Origin: Anaerolineae bacterium
Lineage (GTDB): Bacteria; Chloroflexota; Anaerolineae; UBA2200
Length of the DNA stretch: 39,223 nucleotides
Direction: 5' to 3'
Assembly (NCBI GenBank): GCA_041549915.1
Contig: JBFEPU010000002.1
Location: forward strand, 1-39,223
Made by a program: the position numbers and the translations under genes. This document shows, piece by piece, positions 9,442 to 19,303 of the stretch; position 1 is the stretch's first letter, and each line of letters starts with the position of its first letter. The notes under the pieces were generated by a model, which made no database searches, was not told the DNA's origin, and saw only the letters and a program-made list of their open reading frames with translations.

Positions 9442-10841
9442 TAGCGCTGCCCTCCGAACCCAAATGGGCCACCTACTTCTTCCAGAAGGTTACGACGTGG
9501 GGCAGAAACAACGACCTCTTCTCCCTCACTCAGACCGGTCAAGACCTCTGTCACAAGCTCGCTGCTGAGGCCCGTACTCACCGAGCGCCGTTGCACCTCA
9601 CCATTGGCGATAACCTCAAGGTAGAATCTCCCGGTGCTATCCCGTCTGATGGACCGGTTCGGCACCAGCAGAACGCTCTCCTTGCGCTCAACAACAATGT
9701 CAGCGATAGCCGTCATATTGGGCCGCAATGCGATATCGGAAGAACGTACCTCGATCCGCACGGCATAACTGACCACACCCTGAGCCACAGCACCCAGTGG
9801 ATCAATGCGCGTTACCTTCCCCCCTAACGTGGTATCTGGGAAAGCATCCAGCACGATGGCTGCATCCTGGCCCACCTGCACGCGGCCGATATCGGTTTCG
9901 TCAACCCGAGCGTCGATATAGTAGCGCTCCAGGTCTGCCAAGACGATCACAGGAATACCGGCGGGGACGAACTCACCGGCATCTGCCGCGATCGAAACCA
10001 CTGTTCCCGGGAATGGTGCGACGAGGATTGCGTCGGCAAGCCGAAGCTTGGCCTGTTCCAGAGCAGCCCGGGCCTGCTCGACCTGCGCCTCGACAATGGC
10101 CAGTTCCTCCATCGTTGGAGTCCGCTGCAGCTTGTCCAACTGCGCCTTCGCTTGGGCCAGCTGGCTTCGCGCCAATGCGACGTCTGCTTCGCTCGGTTGT
10201 TCGTCCAGTTTCTGCTGCGCCAAGGTCGCCTGTTGCACGTTGATTTCCGACAAGAGCACCTGTGCTTCTGCAGAGTCTATCGCCGCCTGGGATGAGAGAG
10301 GGTTACCCTTCACAGAATCCCGCTGCGCTTGTGCGCTCCACAGTTGGTTCCTGGCTGCATCTACATTCAGCTTTGCTGATTCCAGATCATTGGCTGTCGG
10401 GCCACTGAGCAGGCGATCGAGACTCGCCTGAGCGCTCTCGACGGCTGCCTCTGCCGCACCAATGTCGGCAGAACTCGGACCTGTCTTGATCTGTGCAAGC
10501 TGAGCCTCAGCACTCCTCAGCGCAGCTTCCGCTTGCACAACGCTCCATTCCATTTGCCGGGTGTCCAGACGGGCAAGCGCTTGGCCAGACTCGACCTTGT
10601 CACCTGTCTGCACCGTTATCTCTGACAGTATGCCAGGAGATGGAAAGAGCAAGGTCACCTCATCTTCTGCCAGCACACTGCCAGAGGAATTCACTGTGGC
10701 CACTATTGTGCCTTGACGTGCAGCCACCGTCTGATAGTCTGTTATAGCCTCAGCCCGTTGCATCTGCAGGCGGCGTAGAACAGCGGCGCCAGCTAGAACC
10801 GCGGCCACCACTACGATAACGAGCACAGTCCTTCTGTTCAT
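9441..10841 (-). CDS. Efflux periplasmic adaptor / HlyD-MacA family membrane fusion protein
   Basis: 466 aa. It has an N-terminal TM segment ([17 protein letters not shown]), a biotinyl-lipoyl-like segment, a long Ala/Gln-rich coiled-coil hairpin and a C-terminal beta-barrel region. It is the first gene of a 3-gene operon with the NBD and FtsX permease. Confidence 0.85.
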   Translation of the reverse strand: MNRRTVLVIVVVAAVLAGAAVLRRLQMQRAEAITDYQTVAARQGTIVATVNSSGSVLAEDEVTLLFPSPGILSEITVQTGDKVESGQALARLDTRQMEWSVVQAEAALRSAEAQLAQIKTGPSSADIGAAEAAVESAQASLDRLLSGPTANDLESAKLNVDAARNQLWSAQAQRDSVKGNPLSSQAAIDSAEAQVLLSEINVQQATLAQQKLDEQPSEADVALARSQLAQAKAQLDKLQRTPTMEELAIVEAQVEQARAALEQAKLRLADAILVAPFPGTVVSIAADAGEFVPAGIPVIVLADLERYYIDARVDETDIGRVQVGQDAAIVLDAFPDTTLGGKVTRIDPLGAVAQGVVSYAVRIEVRSSDIALRPNMTAIADIVVERKESVLLVPNRSIRRDSTGRFYLEVIANGEVQRRSVSTGLSSELVTEVLTGLSEGEEVVVSAPRRNLLEEVGGPFGFGGQR

Positions 10842-10904
10842 GGTGCACTATCCTTTCTCAACAGCACTGGCCCTGCGCCAGAGAATTATTTCGCAAGGCT
10901 AAGT

Positions 10905-10933
10905 ATTTTATCCAGACTCCAGGAGTCTGTCAA
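10905..10933 (-). promoter_or_regulatory. Promoter of the MacAB-like operon, with a perfect 17-bp palindromic operator candidate in its spacer
   Basis: Minus strand reads TTGACA (10933-10928), a 17-nt spacer, then TAAAAT (10910-10905). The palindrome CAGACTCC-A-GGAGTCTG occupies 10913-10929, filling the spacer and touching the -35. Confidence 0.5.
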
Positions 10934-11021
10934 ATGCCGGGCCTCGCCGCGCAGCCAGCCGCGTCGCTCCTTCTGGCCCGTGACAACGATCGGCACGGTA
11001 GCCGGGCAACCCCACAGCCAA

Positions 11022-11051
11022 TTGCTGTTCCATGCCTGGTTATGCTAGAAT
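11022..11051 (+). promoter_or_regulatory. Candidate rex promoter (extended -10)
   Basis: TTGCTG (11022-11027), an 18-nt spacer, then TGcTAGAAT with TAGAAT at 11046-11051. It lies about 60 nt upstream of the rex ATG. Confidence 0.4.
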
Positions 11052-11111
11052 GAGCACTGGAGAACCCGCACCGCCCAAGAACCCTCCAAAGCCGAACCCG
11101 AGGAGGTGCCA

Positions 11112-11744
11112 ATGAATCCCTTGGCAATTCCGGAGATCGTAATTCGACGCCTGCCCCTCTACCTACGGTGCCTGAGCCTGTTGGTAGATGAGGGCCAGAT
11201 TGTGACATCATCACAGGAACTCGCAGACAAGCTGGGAATCAGTTCCACTCAGATTCGTAAGGACCTATCCTACTTTGGGGAGTTTGGCAAGCAAGGAACC
11301 GGATACGACGTCCGCTATCTTCGGGACCAGTTGCGACAGATACTGCAGGTCGACCGGTGCTGGAATGTGGTATTGGTTGGTGCTGGTGACTTGGGCCACG
11401 CCATCCTGCGCTACGGTGGCTTTGGTGATGGCGGATTCTGCATCGTCGCTGTGGTGGACAATGATGAGCGGAAGATCGGGCGTTCAATAGGGAAGCTGCG
11501 GGTCCAGGATATCGCCAGACTGCCGAAAGTGGTCCACAAGCACGGCGTACAGATCGCCATTGTTGCTGTGCCAATGAGCGAGGCTCAACAGGTCGCCGAC
11601 GCGCTGGTCAGCGCTGGCATCAGGGCGATCCTGAGCTATGCGCCTATCACATTGAGTTTGCCAGAGCACACGCGCATCGAGTACATTGACCCGGTGATTG
11701 GCCTGCAAAGCATGGCGTATTATCTCAGCCCCGGCCATCCATAA
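11112..11744 (+). CDS. rex: Redox-sensing transcriptional repressor Rex
   Basis: Sequence [16 protein letters not shown]...[35 protein letters not shown] (winged helix) plus the Rossmann motif [12 protein letters not shown]. The track start GTG 11106 lies inside the AGGAGG (11101-11106). The ATG at 11112 is correctly spaced from it. Confidence 0.9.
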   Translation: MNPLAIPEIVIRRLPLYLRCLSLLVDEGQIVTSSQELADKLGISSTQIRKDLSYFGEFGKQGTGYDVRYLRDQLRQILQVDRCWNVVLVGAGDLGHAILRYGGFGDGGFCIVAVVDNDERKIGRSIGKLRVQDIARLPKVVHKHGVQIAIVAVPMSEAQQVADALVSAGIRAILSYAPITLSLPEHTRIEYIDPVIGLQSMAYYLSPGHP

Positions 11745-11762
11745 AGGCCACCACATAACCAA

Positions 11763-11803
11763 GAGGTGCACACCCCAGTACCCAACCATGGGGCATGCAC
11801 CTC
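11763..11803. terminator. Long hairpin between convergent rex and mreB (possible bidirectional terminator, no clear U-tract)
   Basis: GAGGTGCA (11763-11770) pairs with TGCACCTC (11796-11803), with an inner CCCCA/TGGGG stem. Confidence 0.3.
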
Positions 11804-11849
11804 CCCTGTGCATCCAATCTCGTTTCTAACTAGACTACGCCCAATTTGC

Positions 11850-12854
11850 CTACAGCATAGGGAGACTGCGTTTTAGCACGTCGTACTGTTCCAGTGCTTT
11901 GCCTGCACCCACCGCCACACACGCCAGGGGATCCTCAGTCACATGACACGGCACCCCCGTCTCTCCGGTCAAGAAGCGATCGACGTTCCGCAGCAGCGAG
12001 CCTCCGCCAGTCATGACAATGCCGCGATCAATGATGTCTGAAGCCAGTTCCGGCGGGGTCTTCTCGAGCACTGCCCGCACCGCAGCCGCGACGGCAGCCA
12101 GAGGCTCGACAATGGCCTCCGTAGCCTCGCCCGAGGTGATGGTGATTGTCTTCGGCAAGCCGGTCACCTGATCGCGACCGCGCACGTCCATCCTCAGCTC
12201 TTCTTCGAGCGGCAGAGCGCTGCCTATCTCAATCTTGATATCCTCTGCGCTTTGCTCGCCAATGAGCATGTTGTACTTGCGTCGGACATACCCTGCAATG
12301 GCCTCGTCAAACCTGATTCCGCCTACTCTTACTGAGTTCGCAACCACGATGCCGTTGACGGCGATAACTGCGGCTTCACTAGCCCCGCCACCGATGTTCA
12401 CGACCATATTGCCGGTTGGCGTGTGAATCGGCATGTTGGCTCCGAGGGCTGCCGCCAGAGGCTCGGGAATCAGATGTGCTGTCTTGGCACCTGCCTCGAT
12501 CGCCGCATCTCGTACCGCACGGCTTTCCACACTTGTGACCCCAACAGGCACGCTGATCATGACCTCAGGGCGAAGCAAACGGAAGCGGCCGAGGACTTTT
12601 GATATGAAATACCGCAGCATGGCCTCTGTTACAACATAGTCTGCTATAACGCCGCCACGCATTGGACGCATCACCTCTATAGTCTCGGGCGTGCGTCCCA
12701 GCATTTGACGGGCCTCCTCACCCACGGCCACAATGCGGTTGTCATTGGCGGAAATGGCAACTACTGAGGGTTCGCGCAGCACGATGCCTCTCCCACGCAC
12801 AAAGACCAGCACGTTCACCGTGCCGAGATCAAGACCGATCTGTCTTGCGAGCAT
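11850..12854 (-). CDS. mreB: Rod shape-determining actin homologue MreB
   Basis: Sequence [14 protein letters not shown]...REPSVVA...[10 protein letters not shown]...[12 protein letters not shown]...[10 protein letters not shown]. The ATG at 12854 lies 4 nt after AGGAGG. The track start 12881 is an upstream extension. Confidence 0.93.
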   Translation of the reverse strand: MLARQIGLDLGTVNVLVFVRGRGIVLREPSVVAISANDNRIVAVGEEARQMLGRTPETIEVMRPMRGGVIADYVVTEAMLRYFISKVLGRFRLLRPEVMISVPVGVTSVESRAVRDAAIEAGAKTAHLIPEPLAAALGANMPIHTPTGNMVVNIGGGASEAAVIAVNGIVVANSVRVGGIRFDEAIAGYVRRKYNMLIGEQSAEDIKIEIGSALPLEEELRMDVRGRDQVTGLPKTITITSGEATEAIVEPLAAVAAAVRAVLEKTPPELASDIIDRGIVMTGGGSLLRNVDRFLTGETGVPCHVTEDPLACVAVGAGKALEQYDVLKRSLPML

Positions 12855-12899
12855 TAAACCTCCTGCCCGGACCCTCCTCAAAGATGCCGGGAAATGTTT

Positions 12900-14156
12900 C
12901 TAGTCTGCTTCGATTCTTTCAATCCTGGCCCCAAGTTGGGTCAGTTTTTGGTGGATCCCCTCGTATCCACGGTCCACGTAGGCCATGTCGGAAACGACCG
13001 ACTTGCCATCGGCTACGAGAGCTGCCAGGATCACTGCAGCACCAGAGCGAATGTCCAGTGCCTTTACCTCGCTGCCCATCAATCTCGTCTTCCCGCGAAT
13101 CAATGCTGTCTGACCTTCCACTTTAATGTCAGCGCCCATCTTTTGCAGCTCACCCACATAGAGCAGGCGTCCGTCATACATCGTCTCGTGGATCGAACTC
13201 TCGCCGTGTGCTTGCGTCAGCAGAGCCGCGGTAGGAGCCTGCAAATCAGTAGGGAAGCCAGGATAGGGGAAGGTCTGTATGTCAATCGCCGACAAGCGTT
13301 CACAACCTTCCACGGTATACGCGTCTCTTTCAGCAATAACTGATGCCCCTGCTTCGGTCAGCTTGCTGCTCAAGGCACCCACGTAGCGAGCGACGCGGCC
13401 ACGCTCCGTGATACGGCCGCCGGTGATCGCTGCGGCCAGGGCGAACGTTCCCGCTTCCAGACGGTCAGGCATGACACGGTATACGGCACCATGCAACCTG
13501 CCTACACCCTCGATCTGGATAATCCCCGTGCCCGCGCCGTAGATGCGCGCACCCATAGCATTCAAGAAGCTCGCCAGGTCGGCAACTTCCGGCTCGACAG
13601 AGGCATTCTCGATAACCGTGGTACCCTCGGCCAGGCACGCCGCAAGCAAGAGATTCTCTGTACCGGTATGGCTGGGGTAATCGAGCGAGATCCTTCGGCC
13701 GACCAGCTTTGGTGCTTGCAGCGCATAGCTGCCGTTCAGACGATCGATCCGGGCTCCCATCACCTGAAAGCCCTTCAAGTCCACGCTTACTGGACGCGTG
13801 CCTATGGCGCAGCCCCCAGGATGAGGAGCCTCAACTTCGCCCAGTCGCCCTAAAAGCGCGCCAACCACGAGGAAGCTTGCGCGCATTCTGGTTGCCAGGT
13901 CCAAAGGAACCGAAGCCTGACTCAGATTGCTGGCCTTGACCACTACGCTGCAGCTGCCTTCTGCTTCGACACCCACCCCAAGGCCACGCAGTAGGCTGAG
14001 CATGGTACGGATATCCTCAATGTCCGGCAGATTCTCCAAGTAACATTCGTCAGCGGTGAGCAAGGTTGCTGCCAAGATGGGTAGAGCGGCATTCTTGGCA
14101 CCGGCAACAGATACTTCACCCCGCAGCTTGTGGCCACCCTCAACTACGAGAGGCAT
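12900..14156 (-). CDS. murA: UDP-N-acetylglucosamine 1-carboxyvinyltransferase MurA
   Basis: Sequence [24 protein letters not shown], active-site cysteine loop [12 protein letters not shown], and [11 protein letters not shown]. The ATG at 14156 follows GAAGGTGG. Track start 14213 was rejected. Confidence 0.95.
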   Translation of the reverse strand: MPLVVEGGHKLRGEVSVAGAKNAALPILAATLLTADECYLENLPDIEDIRTMLSLLRGLGVGVEAEGSCSVVVKASNLSQASVPLDLATRMRASFLVVGALLGRLGEVEAPHPGGCAIGTRPVSVDLKGFQVMGARIDRLNGSYALQAPKLVGRRISLDYPSHTGTENLLLAACLAEGTTVIENASVEPEVADLASFLNAMGARIYGAGTGIIQIEGVGRLHGAVYRVMPDRLEAGTFALAAAITGGRITERGRVARYVGALSSKLTEAGASVIAERDAYTVEGCERLSAIDIQTFPYPGFPTDLQAPTAALLTQAHGESSIHETMYDGRLLYVGELQKMGADIKVEGQTALIRGKTRLMGSEVKALDIRSGAAVILAALVADGKSVVSDMAYVDRGYEGIHQKLTQLGARIERIEAD

Positions 14157-14302
14157 GCGTTCACCACCTTCAAAGCAACGCTGCTTGTGGACAGAGAGGT
14201 TGGAACCCAGCACAGCCTGACGTCACATCACTTGACCGCCACGAGTATATCGCAAATGACATTCATTGTCAACGCAAATGCGAACCGGCCGCCCCACAGA
14301 TC

Positions 14303-15712
14303 CTACTTGGACATCGCCTTCAGGCTCAGATAGGCCGGGCGAGGCTTGAATTCCGGGTAGCCAGGTTCCGAGATGGCCCACCAGTATTGCTCGTCGGCTT
14401 CCGTCCAATCCGGGTCGGCGATGTAGATCAGACTCATCAGACCGATCCACGGAGACCAGTTGTTCCTGGCCCATTGATAGGCCCGCACGAAATAGTCAGC
14501 CTTTGTCGCTTCATCCACGCGATGCCAGGCATAGGAGGGATGTATTGGGTCACTCGTCCAGCCGAACTCGAGCACCGCAACCTGTTTGCCCCCATCTCCG
14601 TATCTCTCCATGACGCGACGCAGGTCTTCGACACGTCGGAAACAGAAGAATCGCTGGCCGCCGTAATCCGGGTTGCTGGCCACTTCGTCGGGGCTCAATT
14701 CCGGGGGTGCCTTGTAGCCAGCGGCGTGAACGCCGAGTACGTCGAAGTAGCCTGCGCTGCTGCCACCCATCGCCTGGTACATCCGCTCCAGGTATACGTC
14801 GTCGGGCATCGCTTCAGGCGGCTGGGTTCCTGTCGGCGTGAGGCCGGCGCTGATCACCATAGCATTCGGATCCGCTTCTTTGATGCGTCGGTATGCTTCT
14901 CTCAAAAGGGCCACGTAGTCGGCAGCGTTTGGTGAACGCCCCCCCCACTCGCGCGAGAGGTTGGGCTCGTTCCACACCTCATAGGCTCGGATGCGCCCCT
15001 TGTAGCGAGTAGCCATCACATACAGGAAGTCACCCAAATCTGCATAGTTATCGGGCGGTCCGTTGGTCGGGAAGCCGCCTCCAGCCCATTTCGGCTGATG
15101 ATCTACGCGTACAAGCAGATCCAGGCCCAGTTTGTTGCACTCGGCAACGATCCAATCCACTCGGCCCCAATCGAATGTCCCCTTGGCAGCACCCTCGACA
15201 TCCCGCCATCCAATGTTTTGCTTGACCCAGCCGAAACCAGCTTCCTTGATCATGCCCATGTCGCGGCTGGCCACTTCCGGCCGCCACCAGAGAAAGGCCT
15301 GCATGCCGTACTCCGGGGAATCCATGCGCAGAGGCTTGGACGGTGGAACAGGTGGCATGGGCGTCGCTTCCGGCGTGGCTGTAGGTGGCACTGGAGTGGA
15401 TGTCGCCGGCACTGGCGTTTCTGTTGGCACAGCTGTAGCTGTGCGCGGGACTGCTGTATCCGTGGGCGAGACCACAGTATCCGTTGCAGCAGGCAGGCCA
15501 GCGGTCGCGGTCGGAGTGGCGACCTGCGCAACGGTGGTGAACGTCGGATGCGGTGTGCGAGTGGCTACAACAGGCGCCGGCGCTGTTGGCCTGTTGAAGA
15601 ACAACATCCACACTAGACCCGCCCCACCAACCAGCAACAGGAAAATGGCAATCCACAGGGGCCCCATGCCACCACCGCGGGGCGAACGGGAACTGAATTG
15701 CTTCGTATCCAT
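14303..15712 (-). CDS. Membrane-anchored extracytoplasmic clan GH-A (GH5/GH39-like TIM barrel) glycoside hydrolase-like protein with a Pro/Thr/Ala-rich linker
   Basis: The ATG at 15712 follows GGAAGGAG. It has a TM anchor (LWIAIFLLLVGGAGLVWMLFF) and a low-complexity T/P/A linker. YEVWNEPN is an acid/base-type motif and VLEFGW a nucleophile-type motif. It is paralogous to the C-terminal domain of the next gene. Confidence 0.75.
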   Translation of the reverse strand: MDTKQFSSRSPRGGGMGPLWIAIFLLLVGGAGLVWMLFFNRPTAPAPVVATRTPHPTFTTVAQVATPTATAGLPAATDTVVSPTDTAVPRTATAVPTETPVPATSTPVPPTATPEATPMPPVPPSKPLRMDSPEYGMQAFLWWRPEVASRDMGMIKEAGFGWVKQNIGWRDVEGAAKGTFDWGRVDWIVAECNKLGLDLLVRVDHQPKWAGGGFPTNGPPDNYADLGDFLYVMATRYKGRIRAYEVWNEPNLSREWGGRSPNAADYVALLREAYRRIKEADPNAMVISAGLTPTGTQPPEAMPDDVYLERMYQAMGGSSAGYFDVLGVHAAGYKAPPELSPDEVASNPDYGGQRFFCFRRVEDLRRVMERYGDGGKQVAVLEFGWTSDPIHPSYAWHRVDEATKADYFVRAYQWARNNWSPWIGLMSLIYIADPDWTEADEQYWWAISEPGYPEFKPRPAYLSLKAMSK

Positions 15713-15799
15713 TAGCACATTGCTCCTTCCATGCGTCAGGCACAAACAGAGCACGGGCTGCCTCCCGTGCTCTGCAGACAACTATCGACGTCCTCAAGG

Positions 15800-18745
15800 C
15801 TACTTGGGCATGTTCACCAAAGCGGCAAAGGCAGGGCGCATTCCCCAGTTCGGCCGCACGACGCCAAAGGCGGCCTTCTCGTCGTGGGCGCCGACTATTG
15901 GACCGAAGTTGAGGTTCCACAAGAACATGGGCCCCACCCAGCCCCAACCCTTGGCGATCTCATAGGCACGGACGATATTCTGTGCTTGCTCGGCCTCTGT
16001 ATTGTCGGCCGCGTACTCATAGCCTTGCGCCGGCGGAGCGCCTAGATTCTCTACCGAGGCCCAGCCAAACTCCGTAACCCAAATCCGCTTCGCGCCGTCG
16101 CCGTATTTCACCATGATGTTGCGATAGCTCTCCATCGTACCACGGAAGAACCAGCTTGGGTGACCTTTAGCGTTGAAGCTGGCGGTTGGATCTTGGTAAG
16201 TCTGCCAGTCACCGTCAGGTGGGTTGTTATAGCCACTGGGGTGCGCACCGATTGCATCGCAGTAGTTCCTCACCCCGGCCTGATACATCTGCTCCAAGTA
16301 GACCCGGTCATCAATGGCAATGTTGCCATCATTGTAGCCCGTGGGGGTCAGTGCTCCAGCCACAACAACTGCGTTTGGATCAACGGACTTGACCGCCTGA
16401 TAGGCCACCTTCAGCAGCTCCACGTACTTTCCGGCATTGAGCTTGCCACCCAGGCCGCCCCATTCGTAGTACAGGTTTTGCTCGTTCCAAATCTCGTACG
16501 CCTGTACACGCCCCTTGTAGCGGGAAGCCAGTGCCCGCATGAATTCCCCGTAGGTGTTCGGATCAGACGGTGGGCCCTCGTCCGTGTCCTCGGGCGGACG
16601 AGCCCACTTTGGAGCCTTGACTACACTGAACAATAGTTTGATGCCCGCCGCACTCGCGCTGTCCACAATGCGATCCAACGCGCCCCAGTCGTACTGACCG
16701 GGTGCGGGGTGATAGCGGAACCATTCTACTTGCTGCTTGTACCAGCGGAAGCCCATTTGCTGTATTAGCCCAAACAGCCTGCCGTGATCGCCGTCGGTTA
16801 TGGCATCCCCCTGAACTCCATAGTCAAAGCCCGGTCCTCGGGTCGCAGGCGCAGCGGGTTGCGGCTGCGGCTTGGCAGTCGGTTTGGGAGTTGGCGTTGG
16901 TGTTGGGGTGGGTATCGGAGTAGGCGTGGGAACCTGCAGGCTGATGCTGTTGCTGCGCACATCGCTCGTGCGACCGCCGTCATCGGAAATGGATGCCACA
17001 ATGGAGTAGTCGCCTGGATTATCGGGCACACGCCAGACGAGCTGTGGCCCAGCAGCCAGCGATGCTGCTGCAGTGTCACCCTCAGCGGCGGGCACCTCAA
17101 CTCCAAGCAGCGGGCTTGTCACACTAACTTCATCACCAGCAGGCCCCTGCACAGTCCAGACGATCGTGAAATCGCTATCCATCGATGGGACGAGCAACTC
17201 TTTGAAATGCCCAAGCACATCCCACACACGTTCATCATTCCGCTCATCCAACAGATCTTCTAACAGCAAGCCGCGCACGTTGTAGTCAGCAATCAACTGC
17301 AACTTGTGGGCCATGCTGGTTGCATTCTCCAGCCAAATCTGGCAATCCCGACCCTGGTCATCGCGGTAGCTAATCCAGTACGTCGCGGCACTCTCATCGT
17401 ACTGCGGTCCGCCAGACTCATGTAGCACGCTGAGCATGAGGGTGACATCCTCTCCAGGACTCACCAGTTCCTTCTGACCCTCAACCGCCAACTCAGCGAT
17501 CTCAGACAGGGCCTGAGAGTAGGGTAGCCGAGAGATGGCACCGTCCACCGACTTGTAGCTATTCACAGACAGCGCGACCTGCAGTTTCGTCCGGTTGACC
17601 TCGCCTACCGCCCAGCGCAGCAGGGCGTCCATCTGACCACCCCTGGTGCAGGCTAACGGGGATTCAATGGCTGGGATGACAAAGGCATCAGTCACCTTGC
17701 CCAACTCGCGCCAGTCATAGGCCCCTGTCTCCCAGCGATCCTCTGCAACTTGTCGTGGCTGTTCCACACGAACTGACAGTAGCTTACCTTCCTGGTGCAA
17801 CGCGTCGGCCACTTCGCCAACGAAAGAGACATACTCTCCGCGCAACTTGGGGTCGAGCCCTCGGTAGTCCAGCTGCACACCGGCGTACATCTTTTCCACC
17901 GCCAGAAGGACCAGCGCTTCGACATTCTGACGGCGTGCTTCAGCATCTAGTAGCAAGGCGGTCAGCAGCTGAGGCTGTACCTGGCCATCCTCCTGGTTGC
18001 TGACCACTGCGACACCGGAATAGCCCTGTGGCACAGGGGCACGACTCGCACCTTGAGCGTCATGTACCACACCATCACCATCCACAAAGAAGCCGTCCGC
18101 GTAGATCTCCGTGAGGATGCCTGCAGCCTCACCGGGTACGGACTCCTCGTCTGCCAGCACCGTTGCCACCGAAGGATTCACACGCTTCGCTTGCACTACG
18201 GCGGCGATAGATGGAAGGGAAGCAAGGCTCGCTTCGATCACTCCATCCTCCGGTATCACTCGTGCCGGGGCCCACCCCCATTGATCCCCGTCCCAGGTAT
18301 ACACGTCCGCAGCGTAGGCTAGACCCTCGGGCAGAGGCAGAGTGAGAATGGCCTGGTCGGGCGATGGCCCGTACATGCGTAACAGATAGAGATCGCTTTG
18401 CAGGGTCACTGCCTCTGTGGACAGCGCCTCAGCGGCCATATCCTCCACCTGGTCTCCAGTTCCGGAGAGGACATCGGCGACAGACATGGATGCTAGTTTC
18501 AAACGAAGCTGTTTGGTCAGAGCACCTTCGGGGATCATAAGCTGAGCACCGTCCAGTGCACTCACAACGCCACCCGCTTGGCCCACCACCGGATAGTCCC
18601 AGTGTAGGAACCGCGCCCCTGCGGAGAAAGGTGGAAGCCATAAGCTTAGGACCAGCAAAGCTACAGCAACGGCATACGCGACGTTGTCCGCCTGTGGGTG
18701 CTCCAACACCTGGGGCAGACGCTGGCGAAGAGAGGTCTCCTTCAT
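15800..18745 (-). CDS. 981-aa membrane-anchored protein: N-terminal domain, GH18-like domain with altered catalytic motif, PT linker, C-terminal clan GH-A barrel
   Basis: ATG start with an AAAGGA SD and a TM segment (VAYAVAVALLVLSLWL). The GH18-like segment reads VAVVSN...AEARRQNVEALV...YAGVQLDYRGL...FVGEVADALHQEGKLLSV. The linker PTPTPIPTPTPTPTPKPTAKPQPQP lies at about 16860-16930. The C-terminal domain carries YEIWNEQN and VTEFGW. Confidence 0.8.
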   Translation of the reverse strand: MKETSLRQRLPQVLEHPQADNVAYAVAVALLVLSLWLPPFSAGARFLHWDYPVVGQAGGVVSALDGAQLMIPEGALTKQLRLKLASMSVADVLSGTGDQVEDMAAEALSTEAVTLQSDLYLLRMYGPSPDQAILTLPLPEGLAYAADVYTWDGDQWGWAPARVIPEDGVIEASLASLPSIAAVVQAKRVNPSVATVLADEESVPGEAAGILTEIYADGFFVDGDGVVHDAQGASRAPVPQGYSGVAVVSNQEDGQVQPQLLTALLLDAEARRQNVEALVLLAVEKMYAGVQLDYRGLDPKLRGEYVSFVGEVADALHQEGKLLSVRVEQPRQVAEDRWETGAYDWRELGKVTDAFVIPAIESPLACTRGGQMDALLRWAVGEVNRTKLQVALSVNSYKSVDGAISRLPYSQALSEIAELAVEGQKELVSPGEDVTLMLSVLHESGGPQYDESAATYWISYRDDQGRDCQIWLENATSMAHKLQLIADYNVRGLLLEDLLDERNDERVWDVLGHFKELLVPSMDSDFTIVWTVQGPAGDEVSVTSPLLGVEVPAAEGDTAAASLAAGPQLVWRVPDNPGDYSIVASISDDGGRTSDVRSNSISLQVPTPTPIPTPTPTPTPKPTAKPQPQPAAPATRGPGFDYGVQGDAITDGDHGRLFGLIQQMGFRWYKQQVEWFRYHPAPGQYDWGALDRIVDSASAAGIKLLFSVVKAPKWARPPEDTDEGPPSDPNTYGEFMRALASRYKGRVQAYEIWNEQNLYYEWGGLGGKLNAGKYVELLKVAYQAVKSVDPNAVVVAGALTPTGYNDGNIAIDDRVYLEQMYQAGVRNYCDAIGAHPSGYNNPPDGDWQTYQDPTASFNAKGHPSWFFRGTMESYRNIMVKYGDGAKRIWVTEFGWASVENLGAPPAQGYEYAADNTEAEQAQNIVRAYEIAKGWGWVGPMFLWNLNFGPIVGAHDEKAAFGVVRPNWGMRPAFAALVNMPK

Positions 18746-18795
18746 GTTATCCTTTCTACTCCAAGCCTTGTGAACAGGTCGATATAGTACACAGT

Positions 18796-18834
18796 ACAGG
18801 GCTGAAATGCAAACGAAACTGCATCCAGCCCTGT
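18796..18834 (-). other. Two-tier hairpin in the 5' leader of the 981-aa gene
   Basis: ACAGGGCTG (18796-18804) pairs with CAGCCCTGT (18826-18834), and an inner ATGCA (18807-18811) pairs with TGCAT (18820-18824). It lies 50-90 nt upstream of the start codon. No U-tract follows on either strand. Confidence 0.35.
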
Positions 18835-18985
18835 TGCAGGCTTATGGTCTGGCGGACGCGACCTGATCCGAGCGCCACTGGCTATTGGCCTTGGCCATGG
18901 ATAGAAGGACGACTGGTGATAGTACCGATCGCTCAACATCCACAAATGGCACATTGTCCTCCAGATCTGGGATCAAGCGGCCAGG

Positions 18986-19014
18986 ATTATAGGATAGGAG
19001 ACCCCTTTTGCCAA
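18986..19014 (-). promoter_or_regulatory. Sigma-70-type promoter for the 981-aa gene (implies a leader of about 230 nt)
   Basis: Minus strand reads TTGGCA (19014-19009), a 17-nt spacer, then TATAAT (18991-18986). Confidence 0.45.
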
Positions 19015-19034
19015 ATGCCACACTCCGAATCAAG

Positions 19035-19054
19035 AACCTGGCAGTCGCCAGGTT
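19035..19054 (-). terminator. Possible terminator hairpin about 250 nt downstream of the 661-aa gene
   Basis: AACCTGGC-agtc-GCCAGGTT is a perfect 8-bp stem. On the minus strand it is followed only by a weak cTTgaTT tract. Confidence 0.3.
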
Positions 19055-19303
19055 ATGGCAGCCCGCGTTCGAAATGCGATAGAGGTTTGAGTGTGCGAGG
19101 TCGGGGCGAGACGGGAGCGAACTGACGCACCGGCGCCTGTCTTCAATCTGTGCGAGCCACCTCCAAGGACAGCGGATGGTTGCTTACCTCACGGCTCAAC
19201 TGGCGAAGCGGCGCCCTGCCGACGGCAAATCGCAGACTTGGGCATTGAGTGTTGTCTGTGAGGCCCGGCCTAACGAAGAGCCTGGCGTAGGCGGATCCAG
19301 CGA

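Noticed and set aside
11199-11217. Rex-operator-like inverted repeat TTGTGA-CATCA-TCACAG inside the rex coding sequence, and a lone TTGTGAA half-site at 18766-18772.
   Set aside because: The first is intragenic with non-canonical spacing. The second lacks a matching second half (TCGATAT versus TTCACAA). Neither sits at a promoter, so I treat both as chance matches.
15048-15947. 299-codon minus-strand ORF overlapping the GH-A gene out of frame. ORFs 27159..27959 and 26326..26904 similarly overlap the permeases.
   Set aside because: These are same-strand alternative frames of well-supported genes. Their products are low-complexity and Arg/Cys/Trp-rich, and none has an SD-linked start.
15300-16930. 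Short periodic nucleotide repeats in the Pro/Thr/Ala-rich stretches (about 15300-15560 and 16860-16930).
   Set aside because: These are in-frame low-complexity linker-coding sequences (PTPTPIPTPTPTP, TAVPTETPVPATSTPVPPTATP). They are not CRISPR or other non-coding repeat arrays.
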